Assembly: GCA_977016875.1 (NCBI GenBank) | Contig: CDRNST010000241.1 | Coordinates: forward strand, 1,054,001-1,118,000 | Reading direction: 5' to 3' | DNA: 64,000 nucleotides | Source of the DNA: Pavona decussata | Lineage: Eukaryota | Shown: positions 22,901 to 37,715 of the stretch, one piece after another | Layout: each line of letters starts with the position of its first letter | How positions within the stretch are numbered: the first letter of the stretch is position 1 | Translations under genes and position numbers: made by a program | The notes under the pieces: generated by a model | Told to the model about the DNA's origin: nothing | The model's database searches: none | What the model saw: only the letters and a program-made list of their open reading frames with translations

Positions 22901-25900
22901 CAAACAAGCAAACAAAAAAATTTCACTTAATAGTTCTTTTTACTGCTCATTGATGACAAATCGTTTTTTCTTGACTTTTGAACATGTTTCCAATCCCTGT
23001 TTTCCTTTACTTGTGGACGTAAGGCAAAATGTAGAAAACGAAAATGAATTCTTGTATTCTGGTAGCATGAATAGAAAAACGTTCGGAAGATTTCGATTCG
23101 TGTGCCACCATATATTCCCATTACGCCTGGAACAGGTTAAAATATAGAGGCGCTAACATAAAACGTGTTTGATTTTGTTTTTTAAGAATCTTGAGGAGGA
23201 AGTTGTAATTCATAGACGAAAGATCGACACAATGGAAGAAACTGGTGAATGGATCATCAAGGAAAATGGCGGCAATCCCGAAGTCATCAGCGAAGTTCAC
23301 TCGAACGTCAACCGAGCAAAGTCGACGATAAACGAAGTGACAGTCAAGCTTAACGACCGTCGTCGAAGATTGGAAACTGCTTTGACAGAAAAACAGCGAG
23401 TGTTTGACACCTTTGAGGACTTCGGTAAAAGAGTGGTGAAACTAGACAAGTCGCTGACGCGTGCTAAACCAGTTTCAGCCGAGTTTATTGTCATCAAAGA
23501 TCAGAGAGTTTCTCACGAGGTTAGCTAATGTTGTAACATTTTTTAATCACTCAAATTCATGTTGGTTTACCAATCAGTTAGTTCGGTTGCTCAGTAATTT
23601 GATAAATATAAGTATTTAATATTTTTGTGAGCGGTTTGGTGTCATATCCTTGAAAGCTAACAAGAGAGTAACCAGACCTCGTTAGTCAAAGCATTAAAAA
23701 CATGTCATCGCGTGAAGTTTGGAAATTCTGTGTATTCCAAGTCACGTTCCATTCTGTTTTTATCCCTTTTGGTTGAAAAATAGCACGTTTACACTGAGAT
23801 GGGTGAAGCACGCAACGTGAGTTTTAGGAACCGTCGCAAACAAAAACAAAACAACAACAACAACAGCAAAAAACACAACACACATACACAAAACAACAAC
23901 AACAACAACAACAACAACAAAAAAACAAAAAAACGTAAAGCAGACATGTTTTAACGTTCAATAGTCGATAATAAATCTCTGTTTCTCACACGCGATGGCT
24001 GCATTTTATATATATTAATTGTTTGAATTAGGACATGATATATCTTTTCAAACGTTTCTTGTTATAACCTACGTAAAAGAATAACATGTCTCACTGTTGG
24101 TTTATCTGTATTACCTTTGAACTTCCTTGATGAAGTAGTATGATTCATTACAGCTGATTTTATTTCAATTCTATTCTGTTTAGATCGTTGTCCGCGAGGT
24201 TGGTCGTTTGCGCCCGATATCCGAATACCTTTTCCCAGCAGCCGCACGCATAGTTGCTGAAAGTGAACCCGCCCCGGAGAAGGAAGTCTTTGAGAACCGT
24301 GTTCTGGCAACACGCACCTTGTGGGAGGGCGTCCGGCACAGAAGCGACAACAGACATGTTGTTATCGAGCGCGTGTTTCCTTTAGCGCAGAACTATGATG
24401 ACGCGTTCCGCGTGTTGAGCGTGTGGCTCAGAGACACTGAACAGAAGGTCATTAACTTGGCCCCAGTCCCTTGTGACACAGTCAACTTAGGCGTTCAGCA
24501 CAAGACTCTAACAGTGAGTATCCATGTTGATGGACAGGAGTGCATGTTATGTTTAAAACACGAGTAGCAGTGTTTTATCGGGATTGAAAACCACGAGGGG
24601 CAGCCGAGTGACTTTAGACCCGATAAAACACGTTTTTTGAACGGCTTCAGAAACATTCCTGAAAAGCGTGAGAAAGAGAACTCATAATAATAATGTTTTT
24701 GTGAACGTTGGAAATTAGCATACGAGAAAAACATTAAACACCGCATACTAAAAAAGGGAGGAGGTTTTAACGGGTCTTAAAACCACTACACGTGATGTTT
24801 TATCGACCATTTGATAGGTCAATGGGCTTATGAATTATTAAGGGTTTTTGAAATATCGGGGAAAATTTGTTTATATAGACATGTTTAGTAACGGATGAAG
24901 CTTGAACAAGGTAAACACAAAGACCGCAGTGATTCGATAGGTCATAAAAAAAAAAAAAATAGAAAACTTTCTGCATTTCTTTGCCAAGAAATGGTATAGA
25001 ATCACGAGCTATTTTAGAGCAGTTTTTAGTTAAGTGTCGGTAAACCAAAATCAAGGTAATTACTCTGACCAATCACAGCGGACACAAACAGCGCAACGAA
25101 CCAATCAAAATTCGAAGGAAATACATAACTGTTACCAAACGCGAAAAAGGCGTCCGAGCAAGGCACAATTGGTAGTAGTTTTGAAAGTGGCGGGAGTTTT
25201 GCAGACCAATCACAGAGCACTCAATTGAAACCCGCTCTAATAACCGCTGTTTCAGGCCACATCTTCCAAGCTTTCACGACAGTTTTCGCGAGGATTATGG
25301 GCTTATTATTCGGAACCAAGGAAAGAAAATAGGCGCTAGTCAACCTGTTTGTTTCAAAAAGAAGCCAGAGATTTGAAAGAGTTTCTTCGAGCGAAGACTC
25401 CTCGCCATTAACATTTCTGAGATATATCTAACTTATTATGCCTGTAGTTTCTTCGGAAGCTTCATAAATCATAGATACGTCATTTATTGGCGTTGCTTTT
25501 GCAGTAATTCTAGAAATAATATGGGTGACAAAAATGTAAACTTAAACATTTCGTTTGTTGTTCTGTCTTGCATAGGCTCTCCATGAAGACATTGCTAACC
25601 ACGCACCAGTGTTCGAGTATTTCATGTCAGCAGCAACAGCTCTCAACAACGCTTGCAGTGCATCAAACATCACAGATGGCTTGGAACCCCTCAAAATGCT
25701 CAATCAAGAAGTGACCAATCGCTGGCAGGTCATGTCAGCTGTTGTGAATCACAAGAAAGAGGTGATTGACAGCACTCAAAAGCAAATGCGACTGTACGAA
25801 GAAGCCGTGAAAAAGCTTACGGACTTGTTGAAGCGCACAGAAGCCACTGTGGCTGCCCAGATTGCACCAGGGACAGATGTGAACAAAGCGAAAGCCAACA

Positions 25901-28900
25901 GAGACACTTTGAAGGTGCGTGTGAATTGTGAAAGAAGATTTTTGCCCTTCGGAAACAATTGGTTTCAATACATTAAGTTTTTTTCTGTCGGAGGAACGAC
26001 CGATACCTTCGTAAAACGTAATCGGAAATTGTAGCTTCGTTCTCGTCCAACCAGTATTAAACACGCAACTCTCAGTCTTATTTAGTGAAACCCCTGCGTG
26101 AGAACTCAGTCAATTATTAGAGCCAGAAGCCGGACGGGGGGGGAGGGGGGGGGGGAGGGCGCTTGCGTGACCGCAATGGAATAATTGGTGTTTGTAAAAG
26201 TTTGTGAAAGCCCATTCTCTCAGACATGTTGGGCATGACTTAAATTTTGGAGTGGAACTCTTTAGGGAGAGTTGAAAGAAGGCAAAGATTGTAATTGCAT
26301 TTGAACAGCAGGAAAGAAAGCGTAAACTTCAAAAGCCTTTTCAGCTCCACATTTGCGCCCAAGATTTAGTGATGATTCATGCCCATGTTATTTTTTCAGA
26401 CGCTGCTGTCTGTTCTGGAGAATGCAAAGGAGGAGCTGATGGATCTGAACAGGACAGGAGACACGTTAGTACATGACGTAGATCATCAGCTGGTGAACTC
26501 AGCGCCGATACAGGATCAGCTCGCCAAACTTAATGCCACGTACAAAGAAGTACTTGATCGACTGGAGCAAGAGCAGATCAAACTTGACGCGGTAGGAGTG
26601 TGTCTGTCTCTTAGCTGTTTCTTTAGCTTCTGTAACTTTCTTAAAGACGTCATTTGAATGACCAGTGGTGCGTTTCTCGAAACCCTGGTCCCTAGAATTA
26701 TTTTTCAAGCCCATCACATGTGATGGTTGTAGTTTTTCGTGTAAACTAGCCCGATGTGTTTCTCAATCATGTAAAATTTTTTAACGTTTTTGCTTTCAAT
26801 TTTTTTTTTTTCCGGAAATTAACATTTTTCTCGTAAAATAGTTTTTCGAAGCCGACATGTGTTTGGGAATTTTGAGCAACACACGCCGAGGGCCTTTTCC
26901 TCGAAAGCCCAGATAACTCACTGGTCAGATTAGTAGTTTTGTCAAATCTGTTTTTTGATAGTTTGTCGTAATTTTTTAATCCAATTTGCCCAAAATGGTT
27001 CTTACAATTATTAGGTTTTAATTAAAATTTAGCTTTCAAAATCAATGAATAGTCAATTTCTTTTGAGGACGCTTGTACACAAAATGAATTTTAGTTTACA
27101 GGCCCAGTAAGTATCGGGACTTCAAAGAAACGGGTCGAGAGCTGTCACTGGCAGACGGTGCTGCTCAATTTTACCGTACTTGGATGCGAGTAAAAGGGAA
27201 GTTACTTTAGTGTGTGGCCTTCTCCCTCCCTCCTCAAAGGTTAATAGGAACCTTAAGCATTGACGACGGCGACGGCATCGAGAACGTCTGAAAAGAATAG
27301 TTTTCAACTATAAGGAGAACTCGGCACGTGCGTTTTACACTTTGGAACGTTCTGTTCCGTCCCACGATACGATATAATTTGGTAACTTTATTTAGACACG
27401 GTAATTCCATCGGCTTGCGGGAAACGGCAACGTGAAATGACCAAATCCAAAGTCTTACAGAGAAGGAGCACACGACGGTGAATTTTTCGTTCTCTATCTT
27501 AACTTAAACGCCATTCCTGCCTTTTGAGTTCCAGGATAGTTCGGCTACCGACATTCTCCAAGTTGAACGACGTGAAATAATTGCGAAGGATTTCAAGAAA
27601 CGTAGACTCGTATTTCAAGTGACGTTTTTTGTTGGCGTTGCTTTCTTCGTGGTTGGTTAGGTCTGGAAACTTTGTAGAGTATTTCGAGTCATGAATAACA
27701 GTGATAAACCTCTCTGCTTACTCACTGGCTTTCTGGATTCCAGATGATCGCAAACGCAGAAGAGTTCCAGGATGCTGTATTTGAATTTGAATCATGGCTG
27801 CCTTCAGTAACGAGTGCTGTTCAACAGTTTGAGCCAGTTGCCTCGGAGCCTGTTGAAATCAAGAAACAGCTAACAGAAGCAGAAGTAAGTCACTTATTTA
27901 TCGGTTTTTTATAGAGAGTAGAAATGACGAATGCGCTAAGCATATGGAAGTGAATTATATGAAATTCGTATATTTTGAACTGCGGAGGCAATGAGTGGCC
28001 TTCGCAGTTATTTACGCAACTTTAGCAGATGCGAAAAACAAATTTTGAATGGGAAGTCTTGAACGGGATTCAAACCCATGACCTCTGCGATACCGGTGTA
28101 GTGCTTTACCAACTGAGCTATCAAGCCAACTGGGAGCTGGTCATTTTGTGAATTCACAATAAACCCGTAGAGGTGAAGTCGTGGAAATGAAGTATATGTC
28201 CTTAGCATAGGCGTGCAGAAGGCGAAATGTGGTACACTAGTTATATTAAGTGGTTTAGTCTAAGCACCAGTTATGAGCTGATTTCTCGAGTTTCAAATCT
28301 TGATGGTATAATTGGACTGGACAATTAAATGCTTATGCTGTTTCTTTTCAACTCTTCCTATGTAAATTTTCATCGTCGAGCACTCGTGTTGCCGAGCTGT
28401 TATCTTCATCTATTAATGAGCATTTCAATAGGACCAAGCTTATCGTAAATAAAATGTCGTTGCAGGACTTACATGCAGTACTGGAGAAAAACAAGCCGCT
28501 GCTGCTGTCCGCCGAAGACTGCGGTCGCAGGTTGGTTGAAGGATGTGGGGAGGAGCTGGTAGCCACTCGGCTGGATCCGTTGCAGCAGGCGTTTGAGATC
28601 CTGTTTGCTGCTGTGGTGGAGCGGGAAGGACAGCTTCAGATGAAACTTGTGCAGACCCAGTCGCTAGACACTTCACTTTCTGACTTCCTACGCTGGCTGA
28701 TGGAGATGGAGCGGACGCTAAGCCGGCAAGATCCCATTGCATTGGAACCTGTCAAAGTTAACAGACAGAAAAATGACCAAGAGGTCAGTTGCGATTGATT
28801 GTCACATGTAGTATAATTACCTCCACGCTGTTTGTTTGGCCGTTTCTATTTAATCATAGTTATCCTTTTCGTTAGCTATGAACTGATGTGTGATTCGATT

Positions 28901-31900
28901 TGATTTGTTACAAGTTCAACGCTAGGATTTTGAGAAAGCCTACAGGGTGTGTGCTAGGAATTGATATTAGAACCACATTTCACTTCTGAGGTCTGGCTGC
29001 TGATGGGATGCGGGATCGGAGATTTCCAACAGGAGTGTTTAAAATCATTGAGGGCGTCTTTTATGAATAAAATTGTTGACAGAGTGCTTATTTTTGGCAG
29101 GTTTTGTGTAAAGAGGTAGCAAGCCAACAACCAGTGATTCAACAAGTTGAAAGCGAAGGTCACAAAATGCTTGAATCCATGCCTTACGGGCCTGATCGTG
29201 ATGTGCTGAAGTTTAAGTTAGCAGACATTATCCGGCGCGTTTCTACCGTCACCGAGAAAAGCACCGAGCGAAAAGACACTCTGGACTCGATCCAGCCCCT
29301 AGCAGAGCAGTACCACGATGCCTTGCATGCGTTCTTGCCTTATTTGGATGGCGCTGAGGAAAAAATGGAGTCGCTGAAAAAAGTGCCACGTGACGAACAG
29401 AGCGCTGCTCAGCACAAAACTGAGTCCCAGGTAATACGCGGACGTTGTGTTGTGTTGTTAAACATGGCGGATTTACTTGTAAACAGCTTGGTTAAGATAT
29501 GGAGTTAATGAAGCTGATATCGCATCATGTCTGAAAAGCAGCACGTCTAATAATAAAGTTATTCAGTCTATGTGGGCAATATTTGAAACTATTTTTTCTT
29601 GCTATACACATGCAATATGATTGGTGGAGTTCGCTTTCTTTTTACTAAAGTAGTGACTCGAGAGGAGTACTGGGGCGGAAGGCTGGATGTTTTAAAAGGT
29701 TTAGGGTGGATGTGTGTATACAAGTGTCTTAAGTCCTGGCATTAGGATTCGTTATTCTTCACAAGCTATAGGCCTTTTTCATAAATGGCGGCCAATTTAT
29801 TGTTCTTTTCAATATATTTTAATTAGCCCTACTAACCTCATTAACCTAATACTATTGAATTTTGGACATGCTAACGAGGCTAGGAAGGCTAATTTTCATG
29901 AAAACAAAAGAATTATTTATCGGCCGCCATTTATGAAAAAGGTCTATCCCCAATACACAGAATACCTTTGGTGCATCATCAAACGGACGCATGTTACTGA
30001 GACGCAGATTTTGAAGGAACCGCTTTGGGGCAGCCTCAAGTGAGACCAACTCGTTTTGGTTGGGCAAACGGTGATAAATATGAGCCAGCTCGCATGCGTG
30101 TTTGTGCTTGAACAAGTACATACAAGTAGTGACGGTCTTGTTTTAGAGTTTTGGGCAGTTGACTGCAGATAAATTCTTGGTATCATTATTTCTCATTTCT
30201 TTTCCACAACTGTATTTTAGGCGTTCGTAGAAGGAGTGGAAGGTCACAGAGGAGTTCATCAACTAGTCAACATGGCTTCAAAAGCCTTGATTGACTTCTG
30301 CCAGGAGAACTCTCTCAGCGTAGACACCTCGCACATCTTAGATGAAGTCCAAGATGTCAATGTACGCTATGATCGGCTGTGCAGAGTAAACTTTGATATG
30401 GAGAAGCAGAACCGAGTGGCAGAACAGAGCATGGGGCTATACCAGAAGGCTTTGGAGCCCGCACAGCAGACGTTTGTTGAGGTTGAGAGCTATCTGGAGT
30501 CTGAGCCCGCGATCGGGTTGGATGCGGAGAAAGGCAAAGAAGAATTAAGCAGAGTTGAGGTATGTGGAAGTTTTATATTTGGTAACGTGGTAAGTCGATG
30601 GAGCAAAGCAGTATCTGTAGTTTGTCTTACGTGATTTGCTCGATGAAATTTGATTGTAAATGGCGTTTAGAATGTTGAGTTTGGTAGCATAGTAAAGTTT
30701 ATTTTACGGATGCCTCTAAATCCCTTGGGTTTTATAGAAGGTTCGAGTTCTTCCGAGTGTGTAAGGTTCTGTTGTGTAACACAGCTGTCTGTGTATGTGT
30801 ACATAAATTTTGTTCCTTTTCTTAGCGTTGGAAAAGCGAGTGGAAACCATTACCGTAAATTTGGACTAATCTACACCATGTCCAAGACGTAACTTTCAAA
30901 ATAATTATTTATTTTACAGACGTTAAAGTGCTCTTACCAAAAGAACCAGAATTTAGTTATGTTACTTTAAAAGGGAAATTGTGAAAGCGGTATTGACTAT
31001 CACCGAGATAACTCAGAACCTTTCCGTGAATTACAGGAACTAATCGGCACTCTTGAAGAACAGAAAGCTGACCTTGAGGTGGTAGAAATGTCGGGCCCTC
31101 CTCGAGTTGAACAGGCTGCAGACTTGGCTGAGGAAGTGGCCACCGTGTCTCAGAAATATGACTTGAATGTTAATAAGCTGAAGCGACAGAAGGTGAGGAA
31201 CTGTCGGCTTGAGTACAGCAATCTTTTGGTTTCCTTTTATTCGAATGAGACGGCGGATTAGTGACATAGGCAATTCTACAATGAACACGTAACGCTTCGT
31301 TTTTTCGCTCGCTTTCTCAGGCGCCATCCACAAGCATAGTTACGTGTCTTGATTTGAAAAACTACTTTTTGTCGCCTTTTCTGTTGACGGTGGAAACAAC
31401 AAAGAGGTCTTTATGTGGTGTTTGGAAAAGACAACAATTTGTCGCGCCAGACTACTTACCCCTTAACAAGACTGTCGGTAGTTTTCACTTTGGTTAGCGT
31501 TTTCGAAGACAGTGTTCTGATGCAAACATTTTTTTTGTTATCGCGTGTGTTCATGAGGCCTTTTTAAGAGTCCATTTTATAACAAGAAGGAACTTAAGAA
31601 ATCAAGAGAGCGGGAAAAAAATTCCTTGGCGCTTAAGGTTAGAGGGTAGTAGTGTTCCTTAAGCTTATTCGTTGTCGTAATCGTTTAGGATTCAACTGGG
31701 GTAGAAACTAAAACGTAGAATACTTCGCGATTTTAAAAGAAATCGCTTAGTTTCTGTTGTAAAATAGGCTGTACGAGAGACTTTGACGAGATTGTGTTTT
31801 TTTAGGGAGTAAGTGACACAAAGCTGGTATTGCATTGTTATATTGAATCGAAAGTTGTTAAAAATATAACTTCTTTTTTTGTGTGAGCAACGCAGACGTC

Positions 31901-34900
31901 TCGACCGGCCTCGAGATTCATTTTCAGACCATGGATGTTAGCAATGACGTTGGAATGTTTATGTCAGCTTAAAACTTTTCATTAATGTTTTAACGTCGTT
32001 TACCAACAATTGATGGCAATCATTACTTTGACGTCAATGTCGGCTACTAAGTATTTACAAATGTTTAATAGGTTCGATTAACAAAGCACGTTGAAAAGGT
32101 GATTATGTTTATGGAGATCCATCATGAAGTGGAGGTTTGGCTCGAGCAAATGTCTGAAAAGATCAGTCGGCTATCACCAGTCAGCGAGGACAGCGAGAAG
32201 GCGAAATCACAACTGGCCAACACTAAGGTAAGGAAAGTTCAACAATTTGCGCCCCAACAGTAGCTCAAAGATTTCATCTACTGCTGTAAAAGTCAGGACT
32301 GTTTAGTACTCTGTACAGAGTAACAATCAGCTCCAAAGGAAAGAACGACTCAATAGCTTTCAACTGAATAATTATTCTTTAGGATTTTATCCACAGACTT
32401 AGTGCTTTCAGCATAAATTACCTAAACAACAGGAAATTACTTGAGTATTTTTTTATTGCGTGGTTTCAATGTAGGATTCACCCACCATCTTATATGAAAT
32501 ACCTGTTAGGTACTGTGGTTTATGAGTATTTAAACCGGGTTTACTGTGCGGCTACAAAATCGACTGTGAACACTTAACCAATAGTGACCAATGTTTAAAC
32601 TATCCTGACAACATCACTACTTAATCAAATGTTTAGGTCACGAGAATTAAGGAACTAATCACCAAAGACGAAATGTTTTCATTTTTGACAAATTCTCCCA
32701 ACGAATACAATAGAAAACGTAGAGAGAACTGTGAATACAATATACACGTTGACATTGGGGCGCAAGGGATTAAACAAGGAAGTAAATGTAGATTGAAAAA
32801 TAGAAGACGAGTTATTTCCGTCCAAATAGCCACTTGGTGTTTGTGTCCATATCCTGCGGTTTGAGCTTTGAAAATTTATAGCAAACTATTTGGGACATTT
32901 TTTTTCGTGGTTTCTACATTCTCGCGATAAAACGTTTGAAGTCAGTATAATACGGGGCACTGGTCTATTGACTACAATATATAAGGACTTGAAGTGCTTT
33001 CAAATATTGTAGTGGGAAGTTCGCAGACACTATATCGAATGGAATACAGTTCATGCGACTTCTTTTCCCATTTGTTTCCTTGGTGTCTGTAAAAAATTCC
33101 TCATTTTGGTATTTGTCTTGTTGAGAAAGCAAGGGCACTCTATTTTAGAAGATGCCCTGATAAACAATTTTTTTTTAATAAAATTAACGACACACATGAC
33201 CATTAAAAACCGTGTACTTGGCGCCTTTACAGAAGCGTGATCTTAATTGACTTTGGTTGAAATGAGTTTAATTGCTGAGAAAAAACCAAACAAAAACAAA
33301 TCGTGATGTAAGATGTTTTTCCAATACTGTGCTGAAAATATTTGCTCGTCGGACGAGTGTGATTTTGAGTTAATTTGGTAATGCTTCTTTTTTTGATTAA
33401 CAACCAATAAAATTATTTTGGTTTTACCTTAAAATGGTTAAGGTTTATAGTTTGGTGATAAAAAATTTGAGTCGGCTTTCTCGTACGGTAATTGTTGTGG
33501 ATTCATGGTTGGTAGCTTAATCGGCAAGCTTTTCGGTGTGGCACTTCTAGCAACATGAGATGCGATTTACAATGTTCTTCAAGGATTATCTTTTATTTTC
33601 GTCCACTGTATTTATAGCGATGATTGTGTTCACTTTTGTTTTAGTAGTAGTAGTTTTTAGCATTGGATGAACTAATTTGTATTTTTGGATGATGCTAATG
33701 AACCGGTCAAAAGTGACTAATCTCTTCTAGATTCTAGATTTAGATAGTAGAGGTTTACTGCTTTTAATCGTTCGCTCGTTCAGTAATGGAAACGACTACT
33801 CAATACTCTTTGTTTTCTCCCAATAATTGACCGGAAATGTTGCAGAGTTTGTTGTAACTTTTATCGTCGTCTTGTAGGATCTAAATGAAGAATTCCAAAG
33901 TTATCGCACAAAGCTTGAAGTACTTGAAGAAATCATGCACTACCTCGCCGAAAGAGAAAAGGACGACCCCGCTCTTGTTGCAGAGGTCAGGGACAAGTTT
34001 TGCACCGTAGAAGAGCCATTTGAAAAGCTTCACTCAAAAGTGCTGCAGCGACAAGCTCGTCTGCAGAACTTTGTCATTCAGAGTCAAGATTTCCAACTGT
34101 CGCTGAGAGAAGCACAAGATCAGTTGAATGAGTATGAAAGAAATATCGCCCAGCTACCGCCCATCAGTGCTATTTACGAGGAAGCTCTTCAGCAGAAGGA
34201 AGACCATGAGGTGCGTTTAGTAATTTTGAGTGTTTTGGCCAAAAGCACTTACTTACAACTTCATGAAAATGTTTTCCTCTCCAGTCTTTGTCGTGGTATT
34301 ATTCTAAGACGATTAAAGTTTGCATGTGTGTGTGAACTGCGCAAAATCATTAAACGTCGCCAATATTTTAAGAAACATGTCTAGTCTAAAACTGGTTGTT
34401 TTGATGATATTTTGTGAATGCCATATTTGACCCAGAACAGGTTGAAGGACAGCGCAAAACCTTGACTCGATTTTGTTTTTGTTTCTGTTTTTTTTTAGCA
34501 CCAAAAGGGAATAGACTCGTTCTTTCCTAGATAGTCTCTTGCTACTTTCTAACTTTCAAAATATTTAAACTAAGACTTGTTTTAATGTTGTTTTTGTCGT
34601 TTGCAGAGTCTCCACCTGGACATCTCGTTCAGAGAGGTTGTCTTCAACGAGCTTCTCAAACATGGCCGTGAAGTCTTAGAAAAGGCTGATCCCGGCCCCA
34701 ACCGTGAAGCTCTTCAAAAAGACCTGGATGACCTTGAGAGCCGCTGGACGGAAGTGTATTACAGCACCGTAGAAAGACAAGAAAAGCTTGAAGAAATCGT
34801 ACCGCTGGCTCAGAAATACTCAGAATCAACAAGTGACTTCCTGCCGTGGCTAGCAGAAACTGAACAAATGGTTGCAGATTGCCGCCAAACGATTGTTTGT

Positions 34901-37664
34901 GAAAAGCATTCGTTGACCAGGGAACAGACGTTTGTTAAGGTGGGTCTGGCATAACAATACATGGGTTGGATGCTCAAACCACGGAGCTACGGGTAAACTC
35001 GTGGCGTGCTACAGTAGGTCAAGGTTGAAATGTGACCTGTGACCTGTATGCTGCCAGGATGGGCAGTGCCGGAAGCCCCCAGTCTGGTGTACAGTAAAAA
35101 GGGTTCGACAGTAGAGACTGGTGGTTGATGAAACACTCCTAAGATAACATGAATCCTTTGTAACTCTTTTTAAGGAGGCAGTAAACTTAAAAGCTATGTT
35201 TTTCTTTCGTACATCCTTTCTTCTATTGTATCTCACAGAGGTTTCAATCAATGCAAAAAATGCTATCTGTATCACAGTCTCGTTTTCCATTCATAAAGAA
35301 GAACAAGGGGGAAGGGAGGGGCAAATAAATTTTAGAAGGAGGTGAACAAATAATACCCAGTTAGGACCCATCTTATCCTATTAAAAATTGCTCCATGAAT
35401 GCGAGTCATGGACGTATCGTTCTAAGGTTTAATACCTAAATCTCTTGGCCACTGTTCTTCCCCGAAATGAAAGCGGGCTCGCTATTGCTTTCTGCGGTTC
35501 AAAGGAAACCCTCTAATAGTTCTTGCTTCAATTAACAGTACCTACAGCAGTGTGTACAAGAGGATATCGAGGGCCACCGTCCAATCTACCGCTCGCTGGT
35601 GGACAGCTCTGATGATCTGCTGGAAAGCTGTCAAGACCTGTCTGTTACTGAAGGCGCGCCACTGATACAGAGTGACGTCAAAGACATGATTGACAGGTGG
35701 AGCAAGGTAAATCAGTTTTACCTTGAAAGGCGAAGCCAAGTGTCGGATGCTGAACATGTGGTGAAGAAATACCGGAGCTTGCTTCTGCCTATTGAGAATG
35801 AGCTGCACAGAGTAGAACGACGGCTGGAGGAATGCGAATTTGAAGGAGTTAACGCGGAAGTTGGCAAGAAAAAGCTGGAAAGTGTTAAGGTAAAGTTTGG
35901 TGGAAAGCGGATGATCTTTGACTTCTCGTAAGTTTGTTCGGCAGTTGTCTTGATGAATTTGTCTTGAAGCAGTGTTTCACTATTTAGTACTTTCACGGAT
36001 GTAGATTCTGCCACTAAATCAGTCTATCACTAGATGATATCTAGATAACTACATGAGAAAAAAACAACAACAAACAAACAAAAAAACAAACGTCACTGTT
36101 ATTAGCATTCTGTTATTTATATTATGGATTAGAAAACGATTTTTATGTTTCCATAACTGAGAGAATTAAAACGATCCAATGGCGATCAATGTTTCCACAA
36201 TTTCTTAGTTCTTCTGTGTCCAAAAAGTTTGATATTTCTTTTACGAAATAGCATTCAAGATAGGTTTCTTTGTTCCGACAGAGTTGCGTTGATTGGTGAA
36301 ATATCATTTTTGTTTTTTCACCTATCAGGGCGTGCGTAAGGTCGCGCTTATTCCAAAAATATCTTTCAGAACTCCTTGGGCGCATTCAAAGCGAACGCGT
36401 TTTTTCTTTTTTCACTTGTTTACTGGTTGATAGTCAAATGTTGCTAAATAGCAGCTGGTATGCAGTGCTGACTATTTTTATTGTTCATTTATATTACAGG
36501 CAGTTCAAGAAGAAATCAACAGCTTAGAATCACAGCTGATGTCAGTGAGCGATCAGGTCAAAGAAGAAGACAAGGATTACCTCGACCTCATGCCCATCAA
36601 ACAGCGTGTGTCTGCGCTCGATCAGCGGTGTAGTTCACTGCGTAAGGAGGCGAATGAGCAAGAGAAGAAACTGGAAAGAATCGTGAACGAGATAACAGCA
36701 TTCGATACAGCTACAGGAGAGCTGAGAGACTACCTGGGTAATGTGCATGAAAGAATTGATAGCCTGGATCCTATTCACAACGACGCAGAAGTCATTAACA
36801 AACAGCTGGCAGAAGTGAAGGTGAGACGGATGACTAAGATCAAATATTTGCTAAATTTACATTTTAAACATCCTGTTTATATTAGAACAGCTTCTATATC
36901 ACCAAGGGGACTTTAGTGAAACTAGCAATGATTATGAAAGAGAACAAAAGGCGCTAACAGACGTGACAAAATATACCTAAACTAATAGAGAATTAATTGA
37001 AGCAATATCAAAAGAATGTTTGTTCAAAACAGATTTTTCTTTAGGGAATATGCAAGGTTCTTTTTTCCTTGCCCTGGAATTTGGCACTCGCGTGATGTAA
37101 AATTGCAAAAATAATAGGCCATTTCCGAGTTGCAGTGAACCTCATTATGAAAGCGAAGCTAAGTGCAAAACATTTTCATATGAAAATAAGTTTTGTTTGC
37201 ATGTGAATGAACTAATTTTCGTAATGAAATCTTTGCACTTAGCCTCGCTTTCATAATGAGGTTCAAAGCAACTCGGAAATGGCCTATTAGCGGAACACGA
37301 TGTACGACATTTTTCAGATTATTCTAGATGTTTAAAGACAGTGCCTACTAATACTGAAGTATTTTTGTGCGGTTTATAACTATGCGGGAAAAGCAGATCT
37401 TAGCAAGGCCTATTGGAATCCAAAACGAAAATTGGGGGTAGCCACGCTTTTGTTCAGAGATAATTAAGCAATAATATCTCTATAAAGTGCCAAAATATAA
37501 AGCAATGTATGGGATTTTCTCCTAAATTGAAGCTTAATTATCTCTGAAAAATGCATGGTTACCCCCAATTTTCTTTCAAGATACCAAAAGCTCCGTATAG
37601 TTTTAAACTGCGCAAAAATATTCCTGTATTAGCAGGCACCACCCATAGGAAATCCGAGTTTCTC

Positions 37665-37715
<51 letters not shown>

